This document shows, in pieces, positions 48,901-60,321 of a DNA stretch of 64,000 nt. Source of the stretch: Malacoraja senta (taxonomy: Eukaryota). The stretch is from assembly GCA_038087875.1 (NCBI GenBank), contig CM075989.1, forward strand, positions 3,410,001-3,474,000, given 5' to 3'. The position numbers and the translations under genes are program-made. The notes under the pieces are model-generated. The model saw only the letters and a list, made by a program, of their open reading frames with translations. It was not told where the DNA came from and did not search any database. How positions within the stretch are numbered: position 1 is the first letter of the stretch; every line of letters begins with the position of its first letter.

Positions 48901-51160
48901 AAAGTCCCATCACTATGTCTTTGGCTGGACAATGAAAAATTGTTCATTGGGAAATGGTTGGCTGGCTGTTCAAGGAAGAAGCGAATGGCCATCAAAGTCC
49001 GATGTGTGACGGAGGTGCAGTGGGATTGTGTATCCATGCTAAAAGTGAGTTGATTGGGGAAATGAAATAGAAAACTGTCAAAATGTTGGAAGGTATCAGA
49101 AGATGGAGTAATGTGAGGAAGAAATAAGTTGGTGGGGAGAGAACGGGGTGAAGCAATGCATTTGCTCAGATAATCATTGTCAATCTGGGGCAGCGTTAAT
49201 GTGAGCTGTGCAGGATGGGGTCGTTACAAAATTAGTGGCTGTGGAGGACAGTCCTCCTGAGGAGGAGATCCATGACACTTTGTGAGAAAATGGCCTGGTA
49301 TTTTGTGGTGGGATCATAGTATGAGGATATGTCTAAGTGGGTTGGTTCATCACAGCACATCAACACTACCCTTATTGCATAATTTGACGATATCAGGATT
49401 AGTTTTTAATGAGTGGAGTGCTGCAATTTGAGAATGAGGTCAATTAGAATAAGTGACAGCAGTGGAAGAATCAAGGTGTTCAAGTCCTCGCAACAATTAA
49501 CAGAGAATAGATTTAAAGAGAGGATAAGAGGTTGGATGGAGAAGTCAAATTCAACCAGAAATTATAAAGAGGGGAGAAAGTCTGGAATTAAAAACTCCTC
49601 GACAAAGAAATGGTCACAGAGACGATGGAAAAAAAATTCTAAGTTTTATTTGACTTAACAAATTTGTTAAGCTGAGGCCTCTGTTGAGGACTGATCCTTC
49701 AGACTGAGAGAGGGGAAGATCAGAAGAGATCGTGAAAACACAGCACAAAGTGGAACCGGAACTAGAAATTGGGTTAGAGGAAAGTGAAGAGGGAGAGAGG
49801 TCGGGAGGGAATTGGCATACAAGACTCAATAGAGTTTGCGATCTTTGATATAAGAAAGAAAAGAAAGTTGCCTGTTCCAGCGCCAAATGTGGCAAAGAAT
49901 AAAGTTAAACTGAATCACGTAGTTTTGAAATGAAGTTGCTGTAGAGAATGGTGGAGAGTAGGCTGTGGCTATTGGGATTTGCTTTTCTGGATAGCTTGAA
50001 TATACCTGTGATCTCCAAATTGTGTCCATGTTCAAAATATTTCCCAATTGTGAGGGGTGGAATTTGAGTTGACCTATTGTGGGATGATTTGGAATTAGTG
50101 GGAGAGACATTCACCAAGGAAACAGGTATGGTTGTAGAACGGAGTTTTGGTCAGAATCTTACCACTAGGCATCAAGGGAAACAGGACCAAAAGTGACAAA
50201 AGCAAAAGGGAGAGAAATCCCACCAGAGATTTCTTCATTTCGAATGGAGCGGCTGGTCTTGTATACTCTGGAGTTTAGAAGGATTAGAGGATCTTATTGA
50301 AACATGTAAGATTATTAAGGGTACACAAAAATGCTGGAGAAACTCAGCGGGTGCAGCAGCATCTATGGAGCGAAGGAAATAGGCAATGTTTCGGGCCAAA
50401 ACCCTTCTTCAGACTCCTTCAGATTATTAAGGGTTTGGACACACTATAGGCAGGAAACATGTTCCTGATGTTGGGGGAGTCCAGAACCAGGGGCCACAGT
50501 TTAAGAATAAGGGGTAGGCCATTTAGATTTAGGCCATGGAGACGAGGAAACACTTTTTCACACAGAGAGTTGTGGGTCTGTGGAATTCTCTGCCTCAGAG
50601 GGCAGTGGAGGCCGGTTCTCTGGATACTTTCTAGAGAGAGCGAGATAGGGCTCTTAAAGATAGCGGAGTCAGGGGATATGGGGAGAAGGCAGGAGCGGGG
50701 TACTGATTGGGGATGATCAGCAATGATCACATTGAATGGCGGTGCTGGCTTGAAGTGCCGAATGGCCTACTCCTGCACCTATTGTCTGTTGTCTATTCAA
50801 GGTTGAACTTCACTGCCTCATCTCTTCCAAGCAAATGAAAATCAAAAAACTTCAGATGCTGGAAATGAGAATAAAAACTAAAAGTGCTGGAAATATTTAG
50901 GTTTAATCCCTCTATTGGTGCAGGGTAATAGAAAAACAAGTTCGTTTTGGGTTGCTGAATGATAAAGGAGTGGCGTGATAAACAGAGGAAGTGTATGTTA
51001 TAGGATGGGACCATGAATGCATGAGGGCATGTTGTGGAGGTCCCCTGGTCTTTCTACTATCATCCGTGCTTTGTCCCCATTAACTCACTTGACTGGAGGA
51101 CCTCTACAACTGATTTAATTTATCCCTCGCCCAGTTTTCTCTACAGATTACATCCAACGT

Positions 51161-51188
51161 CTGAAGAAGGGTCTTGACCCGAAACGTC
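51161..51188 (+). ncRNA. Minimal hammerhead ribozyme motif, sense to the MRPS11 pre-mRNA (the copy-1 counterpart at 16096-16123 has a stem II mismatch)
   Basis: CTGAAGA-A-GGGT(CTTG)ACCC-GAAAC-GTC. Confidence 0.65.
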
Positions 51189-51801
51189 ACCCATTCCTTC
51201 TCTCCAGAGATGCTGCCTGTCCCGCTGATTTACTCCAGCATTTTCGATTTACTTTCCCAGCTCAGGTGAAGGGTCTTCCAACCTAAATTATGAACTCTTT
51301 TGCTCTCTGTAGTGGTTTTGGCAATTTCTGTTTTCATTTCTTTCACCTTGTATGCGGCCTGACCTGAGCATTTGCACCATTCCGCCACTTCAGATATTCA
51401 GCATCAGCGGGTTATTGCTCTCGGTTTCCCTGGTCTTTTTCATCACTGCTGAGCAAGAATGTTTTCCAGGCCATGGAGACCTGTACTCTTGTAATGAGAT
51501 TTTTATCACCTGCCTAAACCTGTTACGTGGTGCTTCAGGAAAAATGCCTTATTCAAAAAAATAACATCTCCGAAAATAATGCAATTTTCAGTCTATATAA
51601 AAGAAAATAAGCATAAACATCTGGTTTTCAGAGGCTGTGAAATCTGGTATTCATGAGTGTGATAAGGTGTTCTGCAGATAGATGCTCACGGTTCACCCGC
51701 ATGAGTTACAAATATTAATGGAAATTCAGTTCCATTTTTATCTCTCATGTGTGGAGTTTTATTTATGTTTGTGCTAACCTGTTCATATTTTCTGCTCCCA
51801 G

Positions 51802-51930
51802 TTCTCATGTCAGTTCAATGGAGTCCCAGTGCCGATTAATACAGACAAGTTTACAGAAACACCAGGAACCAACAGAAAAAGAGAGACCCTCTACAGAACA
51901 GGCACAGTCCAGGCAGTCGGAAGATTTCAG
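51802..51930 (+). CDS. MRPS11: uS11m exon 2 (copy 2)
   Basis: Duplicate of 16746-16874; GAG AAT changed to GAA GAT (N74D); splice sites intact. Confidence 0.85.
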
Positions 51931-52819
51931 GTAAATCCTTTCTTTACCAGCTCCACCATTTTAAGGCAGTGATCTGATGAGTGTAACCAATTGCCTAATT
52001 TTAATACAGATAGTGCAATTTCATTAGAGGCGATCAAGAAATTGTGACACTTGCAAAATTAACAAAACAGCTCTTTTTAAACAGGATCTTGATGAAGACC
52101 ACATACAAAATGATTCGATCTTTCCTATGGAGCCATCCCCCATTTTATACAATGGCAGTCAAAGTGGCTTACAAGGTTTAGAGATTGATTTTAGATTCAT
52201 AGAATTATACCACACCAAAATAGGCCCTTTGGCCCAACTCCTCCATGTTGACCAAGGAGCCTTCCCATTTTCCTATATTCCTCTAAACCACTCCTATCTA
52301 GGAACCTATCCAAATGTTTTAAAATGTATTTATATCCGCCTCTACAACTTCTTCTGAAAGCTTGTTCTATCTACCCACCAACCTCTGTGTGACAAACCTT
52401 GCTCCTCGGGTCCCCTTTGAATCAATCCCCACTAAACCTACGCCTTCTCATTTTAGATTCTCCTACTCGGGAGGGGGAGGGAGAGGGGTAACGGACCAAC
52501 CATCTTATTAATACCCTTCATGATTTTATAAACTCCAACAAGTCACCCCTCAGTCACCTTCACTCCAGGGAAACCAGTCGCAGCTTATCTAATCCCTCCT
52601 CTTAACTCAATCAGCCAGTCCTGGCAACATGTGTAAGAAAGAACTGCAGATGCTGGCAAAATCGAAGGTAGACACAAAATGCTGGAGTAACTCAGCGGGT
52701 GAGGCAGCATCTATGGAGAGAAGGAATGGGTGACGTTTCGGGTCGAGACCCTTCTTCAGACTGATGTCAGGGGAGGGGGCGGGGCAAGGATAGAGTGTCC
52801 TGGCAACATCCTTGTTAAC

Positions 52820-53961
52820 CAAGGGTCCTATAGTGAGCAAGATAGTCCACTCGACGAAAAAGACGTAGTACGGTCATGGGCAGATTCATGGGTAATTTTC
52901 GGCCCCATTTCCGTAACCGGCTTCCGTCTCTGCACCAAAGATCCCATAGCGAAGCAAAGATACTAGTGCGGAGACGGAAGCCGGTTACGGAAACATCCTC
53001 GTAAAAATCAAAGATCTTTGGTAAAAATCTTCTCATTTTCATTCTGCCTCTCTACCTCACAATAAAAAGCAAAAAGATGCCTATGTTCCTTCCACAGCGT
53101 GTGGGAAGTCTGGCCCGGATCAGCACGGTTGGGACGCCAGGGTAAAGTTGCGGGGAGGTTTGCAATGTATTTTTATGTAATGTTGTCCCTTGTCTGGGTC
53201 TTGTGTCTGAAATATAGTTTATCATTATATATAAAAATCTGGAGAAATATATATGTGTGTGTTATATGATTATATACATATCACATTCATATATGTGTGT
53301 ATGTGTGTTCTTTCCTACACAATCTAATCAGTTGTATGCTCGCTGAATAAAACCATCCTTAATTTATACATCATTTTTTAATCTAGCTCAAAACCATTTT
53401 TATTTTGTTAAATACTTCATTTAGATAACCCCACCATTACAGACAGATCTCATTCCACTCTCTGGCTATTGGGAAGACCAGACCCATTTTATTGTTGAAA
53501 AACAATTCCATAGACACAAGAAATCATTAAGAAACATTCCAAGAGTAGAGCAACTGGAATATTCATATTGCTATTATTTTTCCAAATACTGCAGTTGTGA
53601 ACAGTGTGATTAGATGAATTACAGAGTGCAAGAGTAATACAGAAATCAACTCAACCACAGCACATGAGCCATTTAAAAAGAAATGTTTAAAAAAAAACAT
53701 TAAAAAAGACAATTAACAGAATCATAATTTGTTAACATATTAATCTTTAACAAAATTTAACAGAATTATGAATCTAACCCTATATCACACACACAAACTG
53801 TTCCCCCGCAACGCTGATTACACTGCGAGAGGGATATACAAAGTCGGGTCGGGTTACTGAAATGGCAGAAGAAAAGGCCGATGTTCTGCTCCGTTGCGCA
53901 CTACACGGCAGCCCATTGGATTTAGCAGGAGTGGACTATTTTGCTCGCTATAGGATCTTTG
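52820..53961. mobile_element. Copy 2 of the 1142 bp TIR element
   Basis: Perfect 8 bp TSD TTGTTAAC on both sides (52812-52819, 53962-53969). Confidence 0.9.
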
Positions 53962-56156
53962 TTGTTAACCTTTCCTGCATCCTTTCTAACTCAATTCATA
54001 TTGCTTTTGTAATCTGGTGACTACTGTGCTGCATACAATACTCCAGGTGTGGTCTCATCATTGTCCTGTACAACTGTTACATGATATCCCAACTATTGCG
54101 TCATGCCCCATCTGATGAAGCCAAGCATGCCCTACACCATCACTGTTTTGTCAATAGTGTCGCCACCATTAGGGAACTATGTACTAGTACCCGTAAGTCT
54201 CTCTGTTCTTCAACACTGCCCTGGGCCTTGCCATTTACTGTACAAGTCCTATTCAGGTTTACCATCAGACACTGTATCACTTTGCACTGGGCTGGGTTAA
54301 ATTCCATTTGCCATGTCCTTGCCCACTTTCCCAGGTGATCTAAATCCTGTGTAACCTCAGACAACCCTTTTCACTGTCCACCACGTCACTAATTTGGTGT
54401 CATCTGCATTATCATCTAAATGGTTAAAATACGGTGAATTCTCGTTAATCCAACACTTACTATTCCTGAATATTCGCTATCTCACACTAACTTGTGTGAG
54501 GCAGATCCTAAGGCAGCAAAAATATACCTGTTCAACCAACAATTCATATTCTGATACCAACTCGTTTCTTCGAAAACCATACATTAATTTAGCCATACAT
54601 TTCAATCGTTTGACTGACAGTCAGTGCACAAATAAACAATTCAGGCCACATGCCTCCAACTCTTCAGTTAACTCACAGCCAACCAAATGCATCTATGTGT
54701 AGGAAGGAACTGCAATTGCTGGTTTAAACCGAATATTGACTCAAAATGCTGGAGTAATTCAGCGGGACAGGCAGCATCTCTGGATAGAAGGAAAGGGTGA
54801 CTTCGGGTCGAGACCTTTCTTCAGACTGCCTGTCCCGCTGAGTTACTCCAGCATTTTGTGCCTTATCAAAAGCATCTATGGTTGTTCACACCCCTAATGT
54901 AATTATAAGATCATAGCTGATTGGAAAATGTGAAGTGATCACTTTAATACAGTAACTGTGTAATGGCAATGTCAAACTTTTCCAATGTCCAACTTACAGT
55001 TGGCATTACTACACAGGCAGGTAGGAGTGAACTTACGCAGACGATCAAAAAAACGGATTCTCCAATTGTTCTTTCCTGTTTAATTCATTCTTTATTGAAG
55101 TAGTTGTACAAACAAAGACGATACATACCAGGTATTCCTTATTCTCTTACAAGATGTAACTTTCCGTTCTCACTATCTCATCAGGTAAGAACTGTAGTCT
55201 CTATCAACGCCTGCTCTTCTGATCTGGCCACTCCCTTCCCTGGTATGATACATGTAACGTTCATATACGTATCAAAAGCCCACCCCAAGCGTTCAAAATA
55301 ATATTGCTAGAAATATCTAGACAAAATAATTTAATATGCTAACAAGTAACTAGCCTAAGCATGAATGGCTTCAACAAACTGAATAGCAATTGTGACAATT
55401 ACATTACATTGCATTTCAGCATTTTTGTAAATATAAAAGGAAATTAAATTGTCATCTATTCATAAAAGTTCTCATCAGCAATTCTTACGTTTGTCCATGC
55501 ATACTTTTGGACAAAAAAAGGAAAGGAATAGATTTATGATAAACTGATAATTCCATATCCAATTTATATTTATCTTTCAATAAAGTGAAATTGTGCATTA
55601 TATCTTGTGTACATATAACCTCTATTTTAAGCAACCATTAGTTTGTTTTATAAACTATAAAATATGTCGAAATGATGCACAGAGGAAGATCATGTGATTC
55701 AGGAGCCCAACAAGCACGTGCAGGTAGACGGTGCTACTGCACAGAGGAGAGCTTTGTGTTTATACAAGAAGCAATAACTTAAAGTTCCCCAACTTTAATA
55801 TATGCCTTCACTTCTCAAAGCTTTAGTGGGGGGGGGGGGGGGGTACTACAATCACTGATCTACTCTCTAGGACTACTATGTAACAAAAAGCTTTTCACTG
55901 TAACTAGGTACACGTGACAATAATAAACTACACTAAACCTGTAACTTGATAACAAGGGCGAATCATGAATGCAGAAGTCAGTTCAGTGTCAAATGTGCAA
56001 TCGTAGTGCGTTATTAATAATAACATTGGGCAGGAATATAAAGAACCAAATGGCCTTTGTCCATTTACAGATTTAAAGGGAAGATGATTTAACATTTCAG
56101 GTAGTTTTACTTGTATTATTTATGTTGTAAAATTAATATTTTTGTGTTATTTATAG

Positions 56157-56255
56157 TATTCTACCTCCAATGCCAGGGCAGGAGAGCTCTTTACGCTGGG
56201 AGGGCAAGAAGTATGAAGATCTACATATAGTGCATATTAAGGCCACTTATAATAA
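56157..56255 (+). CDS. MRPS11: uS11m exon 3 (copy 2)
   Basis: Duplicate of 21098-21196; one synonymous change (GGA to GGG); splice sites intact. Confidence 0.96.
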
Positions 56256-56394
56256 GTAAGTCAAGAGTGTTTTATTGTCATATGTCCCAGATAGAACTAT
56301 GAAATTCTTACTTGCAACAGCACAACAGAATATGTAAACATAGTACTCTGCAAACAATATAATAAACGAGCCAAAAAAGTTCAAACACATAGAG

Positions 56395-56397
56395 ACA

Positions 56398-56484
<87 letters not shown>

Positions 56485-56618
56485 CGGCGCACACACGCAC
56501 ACACACACACTCACACAGGCACACACACACACACACACACACCCACACACACACACCCACACACACCCACACACACACAGGCACACACACACAGACACAC
56601 CCTCACACATACGCACAC
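56395..56618. repeat. (CA)n compound microsatellite, different allele
   Basis: Longer and differently interrupted than 21333-21480. Confidence 0.98.
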
Positions 56619-57259
56619 ATGTTGCATGACTGTACACATGTACAGTCAATGATAATTTATGAATAATGGAGAACTTTCTAAACTTGTAACATTATTAAAA
56701 AGCATTGTTGCTCTGGGTTAAGAAAGAAAAGAACAGTAGCTGGGATTGCTGTTGCTTTCCATTGATTCTTTCTTCAAAATGTGTACATATTACTGAGAAT
56801 AGTATTGTGCTTGGCTTTAGTGGGCATCATAATCAAATCTTCAGGATGCTCGTTGCCCATGTGGAAAACAAATGCCCACTTTGGCAAGACTCAGGGTCAT
56901 TGGCAAAGCACATGTCTTCAGGAGTGAAGTTTGATGTGTCAGGCTGGTGAGAGGAATAGAACTGGCAGTAAAATATCAGTACAGCACATAAAACTTTAAA
57001 GTGAGGTTGTCTATAAGCATTTGATAAGATTCTGCATGGCAGGCTGCTCTGGAAGGTTAGATTGTTTTGGACCCAGAGAGAGCTAGCTGACTGGATAGAG
57101 AATCACCTTCATGGAAAGACACAGCGGGTGATAGTGGAAGGTTGGATTTCGGAATGGAGGCCTGCGACTCGTGGTGTGTCTCGGATCCATGCTGGGTCCA
57201 TTGTTGTTTGTAGTTTATATTAACCATTTGGATGAAAATGTACAAGGCATGATTAGTAA

Positions 57260-57799
57260 AGGGCCTGTCCCACTTGGCCGTCATTTGCGCACCATTTACG
57301 CGACCTGGTAGCGTGTGGGTAGCGCGGGACGGGCGCATGGAGTGGCGTGGAGGAGTGTGGAGTTGCGCGCGGTATCGCGCAGCGCTCCAGGATTTCGTTC
57401 TGCCAAGTGGGACACCCTGGCACGGCGCAACGTCTCACCCCCAACAGCAGCAGAAGCAGGCAAGTGATCGCCGAGCTCGGCCTGGGGCTCACGGCCGTTG
57501 CGGATCTAGATCCGCCCCCACTCCTACTCCCAGAGCGGGGCCAAGACGATTGGATGACGGAAGCAATGGGTGACGTTTCTGGTGGAGACACTTCTTCAGA
57601 CTGAAGAAGAGTCTCGACCCAAAACATCATCCATTCCTTCTCTCCAGAGATGCTGCCGGTCTCGCTGAGTTACTCCTGCATTATGTGTCTATCTTCAAAT
57701 GACGTCACGCGCTCCAGACAGCTGTGCGGACGCATGATGATGCGCGCGACTGTCACTACCGGCCTGTCGCGTAAATGACGGCCAAGTGGGACAGGCCCT
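57260..57799. mobile_element. Copy 2 of the Harbinger-type MITE
   Basis: Same TIRs and TAA TSD. Confidence 0.92.
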
Positions 57800-59164
57800 T
57801 AAGTTTGCAGACGACACAAAAGTAGGTGGCATCGTAGATAGTGAAGATGATTATGAAAAATTGAAGCAGGATTTTGATCAGTTGGCCAAGTAGGCTGAGG
57901 AATAGTTGATGGAATTTAATACAGATAAGTGCGAGACGTTGCATTTTGGGAAGTCAACCCAGGGTAGGACTTCATGTTGAATGGCAGGACTCTAAGGAGT
58001 GTTGTAGAGGTGAGGGATCTAGAAGTGCAGGTACATAGTTTCTTGAAAGTGGCGTCAAAGGTAAATGGAGGTGGTCAAGAAGGCTTTTGGCACACTCGGA
58101 ACATTGGCCATCAGTCGGAGTATTGAGTATAGAAGTTGGGATATTATGTTACAGTTGCACAAGACATTGGTGAGACCACTTTTGTTCAGTTTTGGTCACC
58201 CTGTTATAGAAAATGTGTTATTCATTTGGAAAAGGTGCAGAGAAGATTTACGAGGATGTTGCCAGGATTTGAAGGCCTGAACTATAGGGAGAGGTTGGGC
58301 AGGCCAGGATTTGAGGGCCTGAACTATAGGGAGAGGTTGGGCAGGCTAGGACTTAGAGTGCATAAGGATGAGGGGTGATTTATGGAGGTGTATAAGATCA
58401 TGAGGGGAATGGATAGGGTAAATGCACTGAGCCTTTTACCCAGAGTTGGGGAATCAAAAACCAGATTTAAGGAGAGAGGGGAAAGATTTAAAGGGAACTT
58501 GGGGGCAACGTTTTCACACGTGGTGGGTATATCGAACAAGTTGCCAGAAGAGGTAATTGAGGCATGTCCTATCATAACATTTGAAAGACATTTAGACGGG
58601 TACATGGATAGGAAAGGGTTGGAAACGGTATGGCCAAACGCAGGCAGGTGGGACAACAGTAGATGGGACCACATCTTGGTCGGTGTGGGCAAGTTGGGCC
58701 AAAGGGCCTGTTTCCATGCTGTATGACTCTCTAAGTATCTATTGTGCCTCAAAAACAGCAACTTCCATTTAAATAGAACTTTTAAAATGTCAAAAGCTGC
58801 ACAAATGTAATTAAACAACAGTAATACTGAGCCATACTAGAATGAACAACAACATCTAATCAATAATTAATCACGAGGCAGTCAATGCAGATTGCAATAC
58901 ATATCAGAATTTCACATTCTCCTTAATCCCACCTTCTCTGTGCGTTCACTTCTCCTTCTACCGCCAGTTCAGTATTATTAACTTCTATAGCCTATCTGCT
59001 TCAGATACCCCCACACTCATCTATTCTTGCTCACTTCCAGGTACCCTTCCATTAATTGGCTTTTAGAATTGGCGCCTCATTAAAAGTTTCCTCTCCACGT
59101 TCTGTCCCCTCTCTCCCATCCAATATTCCTAGGTTGGAGATTACCTTTGCTGGCTGAAATGATA

Positions 59165-59574
59165 CATAGATACATAGATACATATAAAATAGGTGCAGGA
59201 GTAGGCCATTCGGCCCTTCGAGCCTGCACCGCCATTCAATATGATCATGGCTAATCATCCAACTCAGTATCCCGTACCTGCCTTCTCTCCATACCCCCTG
59301 ATCCCCTTAGCCACCAGGGCCACATCTAACTCCCTCTTAAATATAGCCAATGAACTGGCCTCAACTACCCTCTGTGGCAGAGAGTTCCAGAGATTCACCA
59401 CTCTCTGTGTGAAAAAGTTTTTCCTCATCTCGGTCTTAAAGGATTTCCCCCTTATCCTTAAGCTGTGACCCCTTGTCCTGGACTTCCCCAACATCGGGAA
59501 CAATCTTCCTGCATCTAGCCTGTCCAACCCCATAAGAATTTTGTACGTTTCTATAAGATCCCCTCTCAATCTCC
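59165..59574 (-). mobile_element. Copy-2-specific 410 bp CR1 3' end insertion
   Basis: Absent in copy 1 (empty site GAAATGATAGTCACATC at ~23960-23976); uninterrupted RRLRGDLIETYKIL...FFTQRVVNLWNSLP ORF end; (TATGTATC)n tail. Confidence 0.93.
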
Positions 59575-60191
59575 TAGTCACATCACCTCAGTAAGCAGAT
59601 CTGCCAGTAATATTTAGGGCGGCACAGTGGCGCTGCTTGTAGAGCTGCTGCCTCACAGCGCCGGAGACCCGGGTTCGATCCTCACCGCAGGTACTGAGTG
59701 TTTGAATTTGCACATTCACCCTGTGACCGGTCCTCTGGGTGCTCTGGTTTTCTCCCACATCCCAAAGACATGTAATTGGCCTCTGTAAAATTGCCTCAAG
59801 TGTGGGTATAAGAAAGTGGATAATATGGAACTAGTGTGAAAGGTTGATCGATGAATGGTGTGGCCTCATTGGGCTGAAGGGCCTGTTTCCATGCTGTATC
59901 TCTAAACTCAAATAAAATATTTGCAGCACTGAACTATCCCTCGTTTGATACCAGTTAGAGATCTTATCCAAGGAGATCCTGGTGTGAGAATAGTAGAAGC
60001 TCCTCAATGAGGAAGTGTCTCGGACAGAGGAACGATCTCAGTCCTTGTGAACTCAGCTATATTTGGCATCAGCACTTAACTTCCTTCACACCATTTAAAA
60101 TAGATTTGTGGTAACTACAATGGTTAAACATTTTCCTTTGATTGTTTTCTCACCTTTTTCCATTTCTTACACGCTATTGCATTTTTCTCAG

Positions 60192-60321
60192 CACACACTT
60201 TCAGGTTACAGATCACGACGGGCTGAGCATGGTGCGGACTTCATGTGGTACCGAAGGCTTTAAGAATACGAAGAAAGGAACCCCGATTGCAGCTCAGACA
60301 GCCGCCATTTCAGCCGCCGTG
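60192..60321 (+). CDS. MRPS11: uS11m exon 4 (copy 2)
   Basis: Duplicate of 24562-24691; last codon GCG to GTG (A152V). Confidence 0.97.
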
